The notes under the pieces were generated by a model. That model made no database searches. It was not told where the DNA came from and saw nothing but the letters and a program-made list of their open reading frames with translations. This document shows positions 1 to 13,089 of a DNA stretch of 64,000 nt, in pieces. Numbering within the stretch: the stretch's first letter is position 1; each line of letters starts with the position of its first letter. This DNA is from Lytechinus pictus (Eukaryota). The position numbers and the translations under genes were made by a program. Where the stretch lies: NCBI RefSeq assembly GCF_037042905.1, contig NC_087251.1, positions 22,012,001 through 22,076,000 of the forward strand, read 5' to 3'.

Positions 1-24
1 ACTCTTACCCATAATGATAATCAA

Positions 25-300
25 AATAGTAAGATAGGCATTTATATAGCTCCATCAATCGAGAAATAATCTATTCCTATATATCATTATCATAATCTAT
101 TATTATTACCCAAGCTGTCTTCTAGCACTCGGTGCATTCAAGGAATTAATCCTGCCGGATACCCATTCGCCTCACCTGGATGGAGTACTGCACAGTGTGG
201 GTAAATTTCTTGCTGAAGCAGAACATGACATGGCTGAGAATTGAACCCATGTCCCTCTGATTGAAGGACGAGAGCCACAACCACTAGACCACAATGTTCC
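25..300 (-). mobile_element. tRNA-derived SINE (copy 1)
   Basis: Reverse complement shows a tRNA-like head (TGGTCTAGTGG ... GGTTCAATTC), the core CCAGGTGAGGCGAATGGGTATCCGGCAGGATTAATTCCTTGAATGCAC shared with the copies at 27311 and 33444, and the tail GAGCTATATAAATGCCTAT. Confidence 0.8.
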
Positions 301-3300
301 GTACAATTTTTCACAAGCATTGTGCATTTTTCCCTCCCTTATGAAAAATCATCCTTCACTTTTGATTTTTAATGCGACTTTTATAATTGCTTATACTCTT
401 GACATTTTCTCTTCTAGCACCTCAAACTCTTAATGGGGAAGCAGTGATGAAAATGGCAGTGGGTTGAATAAGATGTGACCAATTCACTCAGAAAACACTT
501 TGCATCTTACCAGATAGCTTGACCATTAGACAAAGTTTGTTACTATGGTGATGTTTAAACCTCCATTTCACAATATGTTTCTCTTTGAATTTCAAGAATC
601 GTCTAAAGGCTAATGATATCAATGGCCGTTTTCACTGGCGCTAGCACCACTTTCTAAAAGGGCGGCAATGATGAAAGGAAATTAGATGATATTAGGGTTA
701 AAGGTTTCAACAACTTCCCTAAGATTGGGTAATATTTTTGACTTTTTCTTGTTTTAATTACCGACAAAGAAAACAAACACGAAGGGGCTTTATAAATCAG
801 TGTTGAACTATAACAATAATGCAATAATGTTTGCAATTGATATTGTAGGAGTATGGAGTTTGAACATTGGTATCGATATCTGCCGTATAATGGTTTGAAT
901 CAATTTTTTCATGCAATCTACTTATAGGGTGTATACTAGTAAGTCATATTTTAGATCAATCTGATATTATTTTTTTATTTTTTTATTAAGTTTGTTAATT
1001 GCTTGGTTTCATTTGGAGCTTGAAAGATGTATTTCTGATTTGTTTTTCATTGTGTCCTGATGGTAGTCCACCAATATAAACAAAGACTTTTCAATCCATT
1101 CAATAACTTTAGAAAACTGCTTCAATACTGTTTGTGATATTGCAGCTTGACAATTATTTTCTTTCGGTGTTTGCCCCTTTTGTATTTTCCCCTTCCCACT
1201 TCAATATTGTATTTTAGCTTCTTAATTTTGTTATGAGAATTTTATTGAGCTACACTTAGATTGTATTCCACTTCAACTTTTAGTATTATTTTACGTCATC
1301 TATATCATTTGTCTTGAAGAAAGGCTTGAAAACAATTACACCATTATAAAATAAGCAATAAACTATAATTCTGCACTTTGATGATGCGTTGAATGACCTT
1401 ATTGAATAACCTCATTTATTTTCCAATATTATTTTCCTTGGATTCAGCCAACTATGTGCTCTAATCCAGGAAATAATTGCAGCTGTTTACGTGCAAGCAG
1501 TAATGAATTTTAACCATTTACCTGTTTTATATCATCATTGTCAGGTGTGATGAGCTGTTGCCACGGTTATCTGATGTTAATTCACCTGACCCTATTCATG
1601 TCCGGTATTACTTCTGGGTAAATCAAAATAAAAAGTAAATGCTAATTCTGATGATACCAGTGTCTCAAAACTTTCTAACCTTGACCATTGGCTGTGATTT
1701 CCTGTTCTCATTTTTGCCTCCACACCACACTCATGCCTTATATGGACTTTGGTTGAATTGATGTCATTAGTCCAGTTTCTACAATGACCACAAAATACCA
1801 ACCCAAATTGAAAATAATGGACAGGCCGTTTGTTGCTATGGTGATTTTATAGGTGTGTCTGTGTGGAATATGGTTACCTGGTATGCTGATGTATTGTCTT
1901 GTGTCTTCATATCTAACCCTCAAAATCACTCCTTTTGAGTTATTTGTTTTTCTTCATATATTGCATTTTTAAGTTCATTTTATCATTAATCTTAATGCAA
2001 TCTCACCTGATTCGCCCGATGACACAATCTAATTAGAAAGAATATCATATTTTTATGAGATCACTTGAGATTATGAAGATTACCATTGGCAATCTCTATG
2101 TATCAGACCTTGCATCCATGATTTGTTTTCACATGATTTTTTTTTTGGTTTGTGGTTCCCATATTAGATTTACAGACAAAACAAATGAGATATGCATTCA
2201 AATGCATTTGAAAATTGCCAGACTGATCTAGCTGATCCAAGCCGATCAAAATTATTCAGGCCTGGTCGCACTAGCTTGGCAAGGCATTAGTGGTCATTCC
2301 ACCTGGATCAAGATTGCTGTAATACGGTAACTTATTTGAATATTTTGAACTTGTCCAAAATATTTGAGTACGAGCCAGTGCTTTTTAAATCACCCTGATC
2401 AAAGTTGATTGAATCTTGCTGAGCTTGACTGAAAGGCAGAAAGTAGATCAGTTTAGTAATAGAAACCTTCCTTTGAAAATGGTCTCCGGATGGTTGAATC
2501 TTATAAAGTGCAAATGTTTAAGTTAAAGCTGACAGTTGAAAGTTATGATTGCATGCAGTAGAGATGCAGGCAGGAAGTAACACTAATCTAGACTCTTCTG
2601 CAAATCACTTCATGTCATTTACACCTTCCTTCATTTTTTTATGCAATTAAATTGTTGCTATGTTGGAGCAAAGTCCATATTTTTAATAATAGCCTTTTTG
2701 AGGATATGGCCTGTACATGTCAGTCGTCAATCATTTAGATTCTACAATCTTGTAATTTTGCATTGTTTTCTTGCAATTCTTGATACTCCCACTCATGTTC
2801 ATACCCAGTGGTTGCCATAGTAACAACTGAAACTCTTACATCCATGTCTCCAATTGAGCTGTGGTAGGTTTGAAGTGAAGCATGACTTGTCTGACTTAAC
2901 AGACGCCCTGTTGCTGCAGTATTTCAGTGGCATATGAACTGCTCTAATTACTACCAGTTTTCTTGCTTATTCCTTCCATTAGGCAAATAATTTGATTATC
3001 ACCCATTTTGAGGTAATATTGAATAGCCTGGAATCAGAGAGAAATTGTGTCATGCAACTTTATAAGTACTGGTATATATAACAAGATGTAATGATCCAAT
3101 GCCAACATATTTTTTTTATTGTATCATTATTCATTAAAAAAGATAATCCTTTAATCATTATTCTTTTGTCATTATATCATATTTTTGCAGTCAATTTGAG
3201 AAACCATTTAAGATCCTGTTACATTTTTGGGATATTATCAAGATACTGTAATATAGATAAATACTACTTTCTTATTTAGGACAAGGGACACTTTTGCTTT

Positions 3301-6300
3301 AGAACAGTTTTTAATTTATTTATTTATTTTGAACTTCATTTCTTATGAGGTACCCATAATCTCTCCCCTTATTTAGGAAATTGCCTTCAGTTCAACATTT
3401 CTCAAAATTATAACAACTAGAATTGAATACCGGATGTTTGTGTGAAATTAAAAAACAACTTTGACAAGAAAGGAAGGAAGTGTGTGCTTGATTTATAAAG
3501 CTTTCATAGTAGATATTTTCCATTTTCCACTTATATTTCATCAAGAGTTGTGGGTAGATCCAAATATCTCCTCCCAAGAGTACAGTTTCTCATCACATCC
3601 ATGATCCAAATCAGCACAATTCAAGGGCAGATGATTGCAATACAAATGAATCCCTTTGATTTTATAAGAGATAAGAAGAGAACAGTCCCTTTGATGTTTT
3701 TGTGAAATAGACCATAACCCATGCAAATTATATCAGTTATTTCTGGCTGTATATCAGTTTTCAAAAGAACTGGTACAATTCAGGAATAGAATATTCTAGC
3801 TACTCTTTGATTGTTTCCTGTTCTCAGAATATCAGTTTTGTAAACATGAAGTACTAGTATACTACCAGTGAAATAGATTAATATAGCTGCTTTCTGCATG
3901 GCAAATTACATGAAAAGTTGCATTTATTTTACCTTTGTGCTGCCATGATTACAGGCCTAATTATCTTCAAGAACCTTTCATTATGATAAATTATTGGTCA
4001 GTTGATGTCCATTTTTTTTTCGGGGGGGGGGGGTGACTTGAATTGTTTCCATTTATAATTACCAAATTTAGAATGGTTGTAGTACTAATAGTAGAAGAAA
4101 ATGTATCGTTGGATTCCCAGAACTGTTCATGCATTGCTTAGGATCTCAGGTTATAGATGCAAAGTTATTTTGGGGTTGCCTCATTCAAATTATAAACATT
4201 AAACTGAATGAAAGATGTGCAATGATTATTATGGAATATTTTGTTATATCTTATTTGGTAACAGACTGCTTCTGAAAAACTGAATATCTTGCAGCCATTT
4301 TTGTTTCATTGAATATATTTTTTGCTACCACTTTTCAACTGCATTGTGTGCATTTTTATTTCATTCATTCCAAAAGTGATATAATTGAGTAACCATGGAC
4401 AATATTGATTATTAACTTCCATAACATTGATATACAATGCTTGAGTTAATCCGGTCAGTACTTCAAATTGACATAACATCAACTTGCTTTTTTTCTGTTG
4501 CCACTTTCTCACAATATGCATCTTTCAACCCATTCTGCCGACTTCATTTTTAAGATTTCCTCCCTATCAATTGGTACGTTTCTCTGAGAATGACCCAGCA
4601 GTAGTAGTAGTAGTAGTACTTGTAGTAGCAGCTTCAGCTGGTAGTATTAGAAGCAGTGGTAGCAGCAGCAGCATGTTATGTATTCAAGAAGTCTTCTCAA
4701 CATGCATTTTTTAAATCACAATCAAATGTGTCATAACTCTCAGAGTCATAAGATAATTATTCATTGTTACCCGTGGTGTAAAAGGAATTTTTAAAAAACC
4801 CATCAAATTGTTCTCAGCACTGCCTTCTATGTCCTGTTCTGTTTAAAACCATTAACCATGACTTACTATTCCTGACTTTTATTACTTCTGCAAAGGAACT
4901 TCCTCCTGTTAGAGTAAACATCATAACTGTATTTTTCCCAAAAGTTCTTCAGAAAATTATTTCTTTTTCTCTGAGGAAGTAAAATTCATCTTTTCAAGCA
5001 ATCTTTCGTTTTGATATTTTTTCTTCAATTTCGGGACTGTGAGACAAAAGCAAACTCATGTAATTGTTTGCCTTTTTATGTTGATTGGTGCTACAAAACT
5101 TTTAGGGTATACAACTTGGACGTGTTTGAGAATTTGATGTCTTTTACAGCTGAATTCTGAATCTATTCGATTCAATGAGTATAATTCTGAAGTTGAAATA
5201 AAATTAAAACTGGCTCTTGTCATATAACATACGCTTAAAACTGTGTGGATTGTTCATAGCATTTGGTAATCATTTTCCTCCATGTGAGATAAAATATTGT
5301 TACCCATTTTCTTGCAAATATTTTATTCCCAAATTTTTATCTTCAGAGTTTCGACATTCAAAATAATATGTGTGCAAATACATGTTATTCACAACAAAGT
5401 ATAGCTGATATCTGATCCTTTGAATAATTCAAAAATCTTATGACTCGTTAGGTCTATTTATATGACAAAGAATAGATATTGTATGGACATGTGCAGATTT
5501 TCAATAAGAGCTAATCAAAGATTTTAGATCATTTCAGAGAGAAAGTTCATATGCCATATAAGAATAATTAATTTATGTGATTGATATATAAGCTAAAGTG
5601 TGAACTCGTGATGGGTTATTTATCTAAACTTGTTATATCACCAAAAATGAAAATAGTGAAATGGTCAACTGTATATAATTCATCTTATTTAATCTACTTT
5701 GTTTTGTTTTTTTATTCAAATTGTCTTTGTAACAATTTTGGACAAGAAGAGATTAAATTTTCACGATTGATTTCATTTTTATATTGCCACCATTATTTTA
5801 TTTCTTTACTTAATCCTAAAGTAAATATAGATCGTAAAATAAGATAGTAATTAAGTTATAAAATTGTTGAAAACAATTTACCATCAATAGCATATTTGTC
5901 CATCATCTGACCAGCTTCACTCAATCGTAAAATTAAAATTTGTTTCTGTCATCTAAATTTAGATATGATATATATAATATTCACTTTTCTCTCCATTTCA
6001 TAATCAATTCCATTGTTCAAATTAGGCTTACAGGAATAGCTTTCCTATATCCTTCAGGGCAGTTAGCCAATTCGAATTTGAGGTCATCAATTATACAAAT
6101 GAAAACAATATTATGCTAATAATATGCGTTGTAATTATGATGCGTAATAGATTATTGGATTTGTTCCTCTCAATTCCACTTAGTACCAAACTCAATTAAA
6201 TTATCTGATGTTACTTTGGATAGATATGTATGCCTATTATAGGGCTTGCCTGTGCATGGTTTATTGAATACTGTTTTGATGTATGTCACATCATGTTAGT

Positions 6301-7418
6301 GATCATGAGAAAGTGACCACATTTTGTGGTCTGGCTCAATAAAGTTTGATGTAGAGCCTTAAAAATCATCTAAAATGCTTCAGAAAAGAAAAAAATTCAT
6401 TGCCACAGTACATTTTGTTCACTGCCAATAATTTTTAAAAGGAAAATAATCACTAAAATCGTTGAATTTCCAAGGTAATGGAAACTTCAAAATACTTATT
6501 TTTTCCATGTACATTGGCAAAATACAACATTCTGAGAGATTCTCTGTCAGTCTTTTAAATATTTTTGAGAAATTTTAACAAAAAGGGAAACAATTAAATA
6601 GAAGAATAATGGAGCCAATTTGATGGATACAATTGGATCAAATTCTGCACATTTTGAAAAAAAAACTTCTCTCCAAATTTTTATTTCCCTTCCCCTTTTT
6701 CCTTGTCTCATTTTCTTCTTCCTTCCTTCTTTCTTAAAATGTGTGGCAAATAGTGATATAAAAAAAGCCTTTTTTCTAAAGTTGAAATCAACATTACCTT
6801 TTCTGTAAATAGAAATTGGGATTTTTTAGATTACTTCCATGAATGCTTTGTTATTTCGTTTTCTTCCTGTGAAATAATTGTATTCTCAACAAAGATTTTG
6901 TTATGTACTTTGTCGCATAAACGAAAGTTCCTGTACTTTCACTATAAAAAAGTTTTTTCCCCTCAATTCTGTGGTTCTTTTAGGACAAACTAATGCACTG
7001 GAGGAGGAATGATATGATGTGACATTTTTTTTATATTACTAAAGGAATTATTTGCTTAGACAATGATGACCACATTCATTGAAAAATACTTTCATACCTT
7101 TCTTGGGGTTCAATTGTTTTAGTTTTATTTGTCCTATGTCACATGCTTATAATCCTAAATGTTTTCTTTCACATTCTACATTGTTTAATTATTATTTTTT
7201 TCCAATTATTCATTTGTTCTTATGTGAACATTTACATCCCAATAAGACATGATTTGCAAATATATGACAAGAGTAGAACAAAAATACATCCGTAAAATTT
7301 TGAAACATTCCTCTGAATTCAAATTTCTGTCTAATATCAGTAAAAACAGTATGTAGGTAGAGCCCCCTGCACCCCCACTTTCTGTAGAGCATGGATATTA
7401 AGAAACTACTATATTTTA

Positions 7419-7561
7419 TAGTAGGTTTCATGGTACACCATGTATCTTTCTTGGGCATATGTTGGTCCTGAAAAGGACCAACATATGCCCAAGAAAGATA
7501 CATGGTGTACCGTGAAACCTACTACACTATTCTTCTTCGCCATGGAAACCTTCAGAAGTTA
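7419..7561. repeat. Fold-back insertion: 51-bp inverted repeat with GAAA loop, flanked by a 13-bp direct repeat (possible Penelope-like terminus)
   Basis: Arms 7419-7469 and 7474-7524 are reverse complements with 1 mismatch. TACTATATTTTAT occurs at 7407-7419 and 7562-7574. Confidence 0.85.
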
Positions 7562-8182
7562 TACTATATTTTATGTCAACACTTTTTAACCAGTTGTCCA
7601 GTATCAGTGGTCAACAATTTTGTCACAGTTTTGTTGTATTAATTTGAAACCGTATGGACTTGCACTTACCTTTTTTAGATATCATACAACCAGCTATATC
7701 ACAAATTTTTAGAATAATGTCATTAAATTCTAATGAATGCTCAACTAAACAATTCCAAACCATTGCTGAAGAGATCAGTTAAGAGTTTATTCCTATCAAC
7801 TGATTATGTGTGAATTGCTCGTAAATCAACAGGAACTTTAATATATTTATATCAATACCACTTCCTTAATTGACCACATTGGAACATACACATGCATGCA
7901 AGGCACAACTCACAGGGTACCTGGTACCAATATGACAAAATTATGTGTCATAGTAAATGCCATACTTATTTACGGGTGTTCAAGAAAAAAATGCCATATC
8001 CATTTACAGTTTTCTCGGAAAAATAAAACAAAGGTCATGATTGTTTTGTTTAGATTTTGTCCTTGTGATCCCAAAGTTTTATCATGATGATATCAGGTGA
8101 TGATAAGCCAATGTGAGTTTTATCACGTTGTGCATAAAGTGACCAGTAAAATATCAAAGTTTTGGTGTGAGTCAGAATATAA

Positions 8183-8739
8183 TACCCTTTTTACACAGGA
8201 TTTTCTTAACCCCGGACTATCGCTAACCCCGTACTATCCTTAACCCCGTACTATTTTTTTTTCCTTTTTACACATGCCAAATTGTTATTGCTAACCCCGG
8301 ATAAGGAATGCTTGCTTTTCACACACGAAACTCGCTAACCCCGGACTAGTGGTTTTTGTCGATCATTCGTAGTACAAGTACTTCACTCGTACCATTTTAC
8401 CATGCACGCTACAATTTCCTTAACCCCGTTCTAGAGGTGGGGTCAAATTGCCATTTAGCCCCACCTATAGTACGGGGTTAAGCTTAGCCCACTTTCGTTT
8501 TACACTAGCGATCTTAACCCCGTACTATCGCTCTTAGCACCGCAATTGCTGGGATAACCCTGCTTTTTTGCAGGGCCAAATAATCCCGTACTAAAGGTGG
8601 GGTTAGCCCACTTTGCAAAAATGCTGTGTAAAAAGAAAGTGGGCTAAGCTTAACCCCGTACTATAGGTGGGGCTAAATGGCAATTTAGCCCCACCTATAG
8701 TACGGGGTTAAGGAAATTTTAGCGTGTGTAAAAAGGGTA
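8183..8739. mobile_element. PIF/Harbinger-like MITE
   Basis: TIR TACCCTTTTTACAC / GTGTAAAAAGGGTA; TAA TSD at 8180-8182 and 8740-8742; many internal TAACCCCG(T/G)ACTA motifs. Confidence 0.9.
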
Positions 8740-10062
8740 TAAGTTCATCAGATTTCTTCCGCAGTGCTGTTTGCTATGTTGGTGGTTACCAGTAGCTAGC
8801 CCTATGTGACTATTACCATGTAAGTAAGTAAGTTATAAGTGTCAGGGATGCAGTAAGCATGAGTTGGAAAAATTGCCCAAAATTGCTTTTCTATGCTACG
8901 TTCTATATCCTCAAGATGACATTTTCAGGTTATGAATGTCAGGCAGTGGCTAATTCAGTAACGAACCAGTTTGAATTTGAGTCAGAATAAAGCTTTCCTT
9001 CCCCTGTGTTCTATCATGCTCTATAATTACTGTATATCAGAGCTGAAAAATCCTTTTAAAAATCATAAAAATTTCTCCCTACCCATCGATACACATATCC
9101 TCTTTTTTATAACAGAAATGATTGAAAGATTGACACAGGTCTGGGCTATGGGGTTTACTACCCCCTCGTGATTTGTAAAGTTGTGAAATAAAATAGGAAA
9201 TAAAGAAGGAATAAGTCTTGGCCATGCAACTCTATTTTATCACTATAAATGATTTGACAAATCAAAAACCATAGAGACGCCCGTGCAATTATCCATTTTT
9301 TGGTAAAGGCATCACTTTAAATGATGAATGGTAAACTCTTAAAAGGTGGGTGTGAAAAAGCATACCTTCCAACTGATTCTTTGAAAAAGAAGTTCTAAGA
9401 TTAATTGTTTTGGGTTTTTTTTATCAACATTTTATTTAGGGATTAACTACGAGATTCCCTAATTACCCCTGTGGTAACATTTGAAAAAAAAAAAATCGGT
9501 TTTTGAGATTGTACCTCTTAGTGACTGGTCGATTTTGACTGTGAGTCAGAATTTGAAGTTGTACCCCCCCCCCCCCTCTCCCTCTTCTATGTAATGTGAA
9601 TGGGAAGTGATAGGAGGTTTACAGATGTGTATTTTTGAGCAAGTCACTATCAAGAGAAGAACAAGAATAACATGAAAATGGAAATGAAATGTGAAATATA
9701 AGTTTTGTCTATGTAACAGGGTAAGTAAATCCCAGGTGTAAATGTAACCAGGCTGCATTCGCAAACAAATGGTACATTACTACTTTTTTTAACTTCTGCC
9801 TGTCAATGAAAAAAAAGACTTTGCAAATGATAATAAACACTTTTCTGTATTTTTATGAAAAGAACAATTATATTGATGGTATCAATGCCCTCTGCATCAA
9901 TATAGAAGCCTGCTCGTGTTTGTAATTAACCTGCAATTACACCCCAGTAATTACCACTAAATAGCCACACATTCATTGTAGTGGTATCAATGACACTTTC
10001 ACTTTGACTATGTAAAGGTCAAATATGGGCATTAGCTATGATTAGATAGACAGAGTCAAAAT

Positions 10063-10558
10063 CCCGGGGGGGGGGGGTTACTCGACCAAAAAAGTAGTAG
10101 GTATGTGCCGTGGGCGAGACAAAAAACGAGGCCTTGGAGCGGGCTTATTGTAAAAAGGAGGGTCCTCGGACAGGCTTCGGAACTACAAATGTTTGTGAAA
10201 ACGGGGGTCCTTGGAACGGGTCGCCTGCGTGTGAGTGATATGCATCCCTATGGAACGGGCATAAGTGCATGTAGCTAGCCCAGCGGCACGGGCGCCGGGT
10301 GTGCTAGCGCAGAGGCGATAGTCGAACAGCGCTCTGCGGCCGCTTTTCACCAAAATTGTGGCTAATTGTAGCAGATCAATGCGGCCGGAACGGCGTAACG
10401 GAAAATATGCAAAGTTTTGGATCGGATTTCTTTCGTCTTTTTTCTCGATATAACAAAAATGCTATGCCTTGGAACAGAAATTTGAATGTAAAAATGGGAG
10501 TCCCCTCCGCGGCACATACCCACCATGCATTATATACCGAGTGCCCCCCCCCCTAGGG
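10063..10558. mobile_element. Non-autonomous TIR element (CCCGGGG termini), same family as 35345-35879 in opposite orientation
   Basis: Termini CCCGGGG...TACTCG / CGAGTGCCCC...TAGGG; the interior is the reverse complement of 35345-35879 (e.g. GCGAGACAAAAAACG, GGGGGTCCTTGGAACGG). No clean TSD. Confidence 0.85.
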
Positions 10559-10585
10559 TGATACTGCAAACCTGAGATAAACATG

Positions 10586-10980
10586 GACACCGTTCTCACT
10601 TTATAAAACTAGTTTACTGGAAACCAGTTTGGAAGATCGCTTTGCTAGCGTTCCCATGTGATCACCCAAAAGTGGTTTTCAAAACCACTTCACGCAAATC
10701 GGTTTTGTTGCTACAGGGACACTCTCAGTGGGCATGGTGGGGGCGGGGCATGTTTTGCGCGAAATTTGAAACCGCAGCGTAGACATTCTACACACAGTGT
10801 ATAGAGTAGCGTGAACAAAATGTGTGAAGATAAAACCAGTTTAACAAGACTAAGTGATCTTGAAAACTACATCACGAGGTAGTTTTCCGAACCGGTTTGG
10901 AAGATTGCTTTGACCATTCTCATTACACGTTAAACTAGTTTCCACTAAACTAGTTTTAGGACTGTAATGAGAACAGGGTC
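10586..10980. mobile_element. Harbinger-like MITE, same family as 39180-39545 in opposite orientation
   Basis: Termini GACACCGTTCTCA / TGAGAACAGGGTC; shared interior ATCGCTTTGCTAGCGTTC and TGATCACCCAAAAGTGGTT. Confidence 0.8.
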
Positions 10981-11627
10981 CTTGGTCAAATTGAGTATTT
11001 GTCCATTTTCATTTTCTCATTAGGTGGTTTCAGACTGCCTCGAAGTCTGGCAATTGCCCTGATCTACCCCAATCACAAAAAAAACCCAGGTAATTTTGGC
11101 TGTGTAAAAGCAAATTACACATAATATCCCAGAAAGCAGGTACTAAATAGTAGGTACTTGTCAAAAAATATGAGAACTTTTGCAGGGATTTTTTGAAGGT
11201 CGCAGGTATTTTTGGCAGTGTGGAAGCAAATTGCGGGAACTTTTTTAGCCCAGCATGTAGTTGGGTGTGAGCTAGCAATTTTGAATCTTGCACCTTGCCT
11301 GCTTATTGGATCTCGGGTTCGAGATTATGAATCATTATTATTTCTTCAGTTGAATTTGAAAGATAATCTTTGCATGTTAAAATTCTTGATTTAGATACTA
11401 TACAAAGTCTAGCAATGACAAAATTTGAGTTGTATAATTGTCATGAAATATTCCTTCATCATATTAAATCTCTCTTTCTCTTTTTTCTTCATTTTCAATT
11501 TCCGCTTCCAACTGCTGATCCTGATCCTCAATCTGCCATTGAAGGTAAGTGTTTAATGTATTGACGTAGTATGATTTCATAAACAGGAAAAGGAACTTCG
11601 TTATCAGAAGTTGAAGGCTCTCCTATA

Positions 11628-11725
11628 CTACCCCGGCTAAGCTAGTCTACCGATACCAGTGCTCACAGCTTTTTGAAGAATTACTTCCTGCTGGTACCCA
11701 TTCACCTCACCTGGGTTGAGTGCAT
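11628..11725 (-). mobile_element. SINE fragment (central core)
   Basis: GGTACCCATTCACCTCACCTGGGTTGAGTGCA is the reverse complement of the SINE core. Confidence 0.65.
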
Positions 11726-12470
11726 TGCATTATAATTCAGTTTGTTATATATATTTCTCTATTGATTCAAATCAAAAATTTTCTTGGGTGGACTTGACCT
11801 TTGAGTATACATGTTAATAGTGACAGGGTTTATGCAGGACACAAATGGACTCACCATAAGTTCACAAATCCCAAGAAAATTTGAATTGACATCCTAAAAA
11901 GTAGGAAGTAATTCTCACGCCACTTCCGAGTTCCAGCACTTTGTAGTAAGTCGTGGGTGTGAGAACGGGTTGCATTATTCCGAACATTCTGGATTTGCAT
12001 TATGGGTATAAGAGCCTGTTATCAAGTATTTTGACACCACTTGTTTTATTCATTAAACCACAACAACCACAAGGATCACTGCTATATCATCTGCACACCT
12101 GTTTCTTTTAAAATGTGTCTATTAATAGAACTGTTTTCTATTAATATATTTTGTGTTAAAATCATAGGATTAAAATAAATTCAATCATGCCAATTGAACT
12201 TTGTGAATATGTAGGTAGAGCTGAAATGGTTAAACTAGGGAAAATTTGATTATAGTCAACTTAACTTTATTTGTCCTTATGGCTTTTTGAGCAGAATTGT
12301 TTTGAGCAGTGATATGATTTGGGGATTGGCGCTGAAATTCTCACCACATTGGTACTTTTGAGGTGAAGTCATTGTATTGTAATTTTCAACTGAAATCCTT
12401 GAATCTGATTGAATAATAGCAGACTTGTCTCTGAGAATCACTAACTAGACGAATCAGGAAACATTCCAAT

Positions 12471-13089
12471 GGGTCAGATGCATAAAAAGTAGCAATTGCT
12501 TTATTTCATATCCATAACCCTTTGCTTGTGCTTGAACCCTTTTCTTGCCTTCAGAAAGCAATTGCTTGCGGTTTGAACAATAGCGACATCAGGCTGATGG
12601 GAACACGGCTCACAGAATAAAAGCGGGACTCTAATGCATAAGTGTGGCAGTGCAAAATACAGCTTCTCTCCTGTAACATCTTTTCCTTAGATGTCGTGCC
12701 AAATTATTCCTTTTATTTGTTTCTAATTGATAGAGTTATGTAGCTGGCATTCAGTTTGCAATTACTAGGAAGAAGACGTGTTCATATAAGCTACTGTACA
12801 CCCTGGGGTTCTCTATCAGGTACATAACATTATTATAAGACGCGAACGTCCTGATCAAGTAAACGCACAAGCTGCTCTGACGGATCTTGAAAAACCCAAA
12901 GCAAATGCTTAAACGCACAAGCAAAATGTTTGCTTAATCCATAAACCTTTTAGCAATAGCTTAATCATGAAGCAAATGCCAGCAGACAGTTAGCAATTGC
13001 TTGAGCTAACTAGCAAAAGCATTTGCTCGCACATTTTTATGCAAACGGAATCAAGCGAAAGCAATTGCTACTTTTTATGCATCTGACCC
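12471..13089. mobile_element. MITE with perfect 32-bp TIR and 3-bp TSD (Harbinger-like)
   Basis: TIR GGGTCAGATGCATAAAAAGTAGCAATTGCTTT is perfect at both ends; AAT at 12468-12470 and 13090-13092; internal AGCAA(A/T)TGCT repeats. Confidence 0.9.

Noticed and set aside
2000..2450. Old Harbinger-like relic (TTTTGAACTTGTCCAAAA palindrome like that at ~58780)
   Set aside because: Too degenerate to define termini or a TSD.
10055..10992. GTCAAAAT / GTCAAATT as a TSD around a composite of the two adjacent MITEs
   Set aside because: One mismatch, not flush with the right TIR, and each family occurs independently elsewhere in the window.
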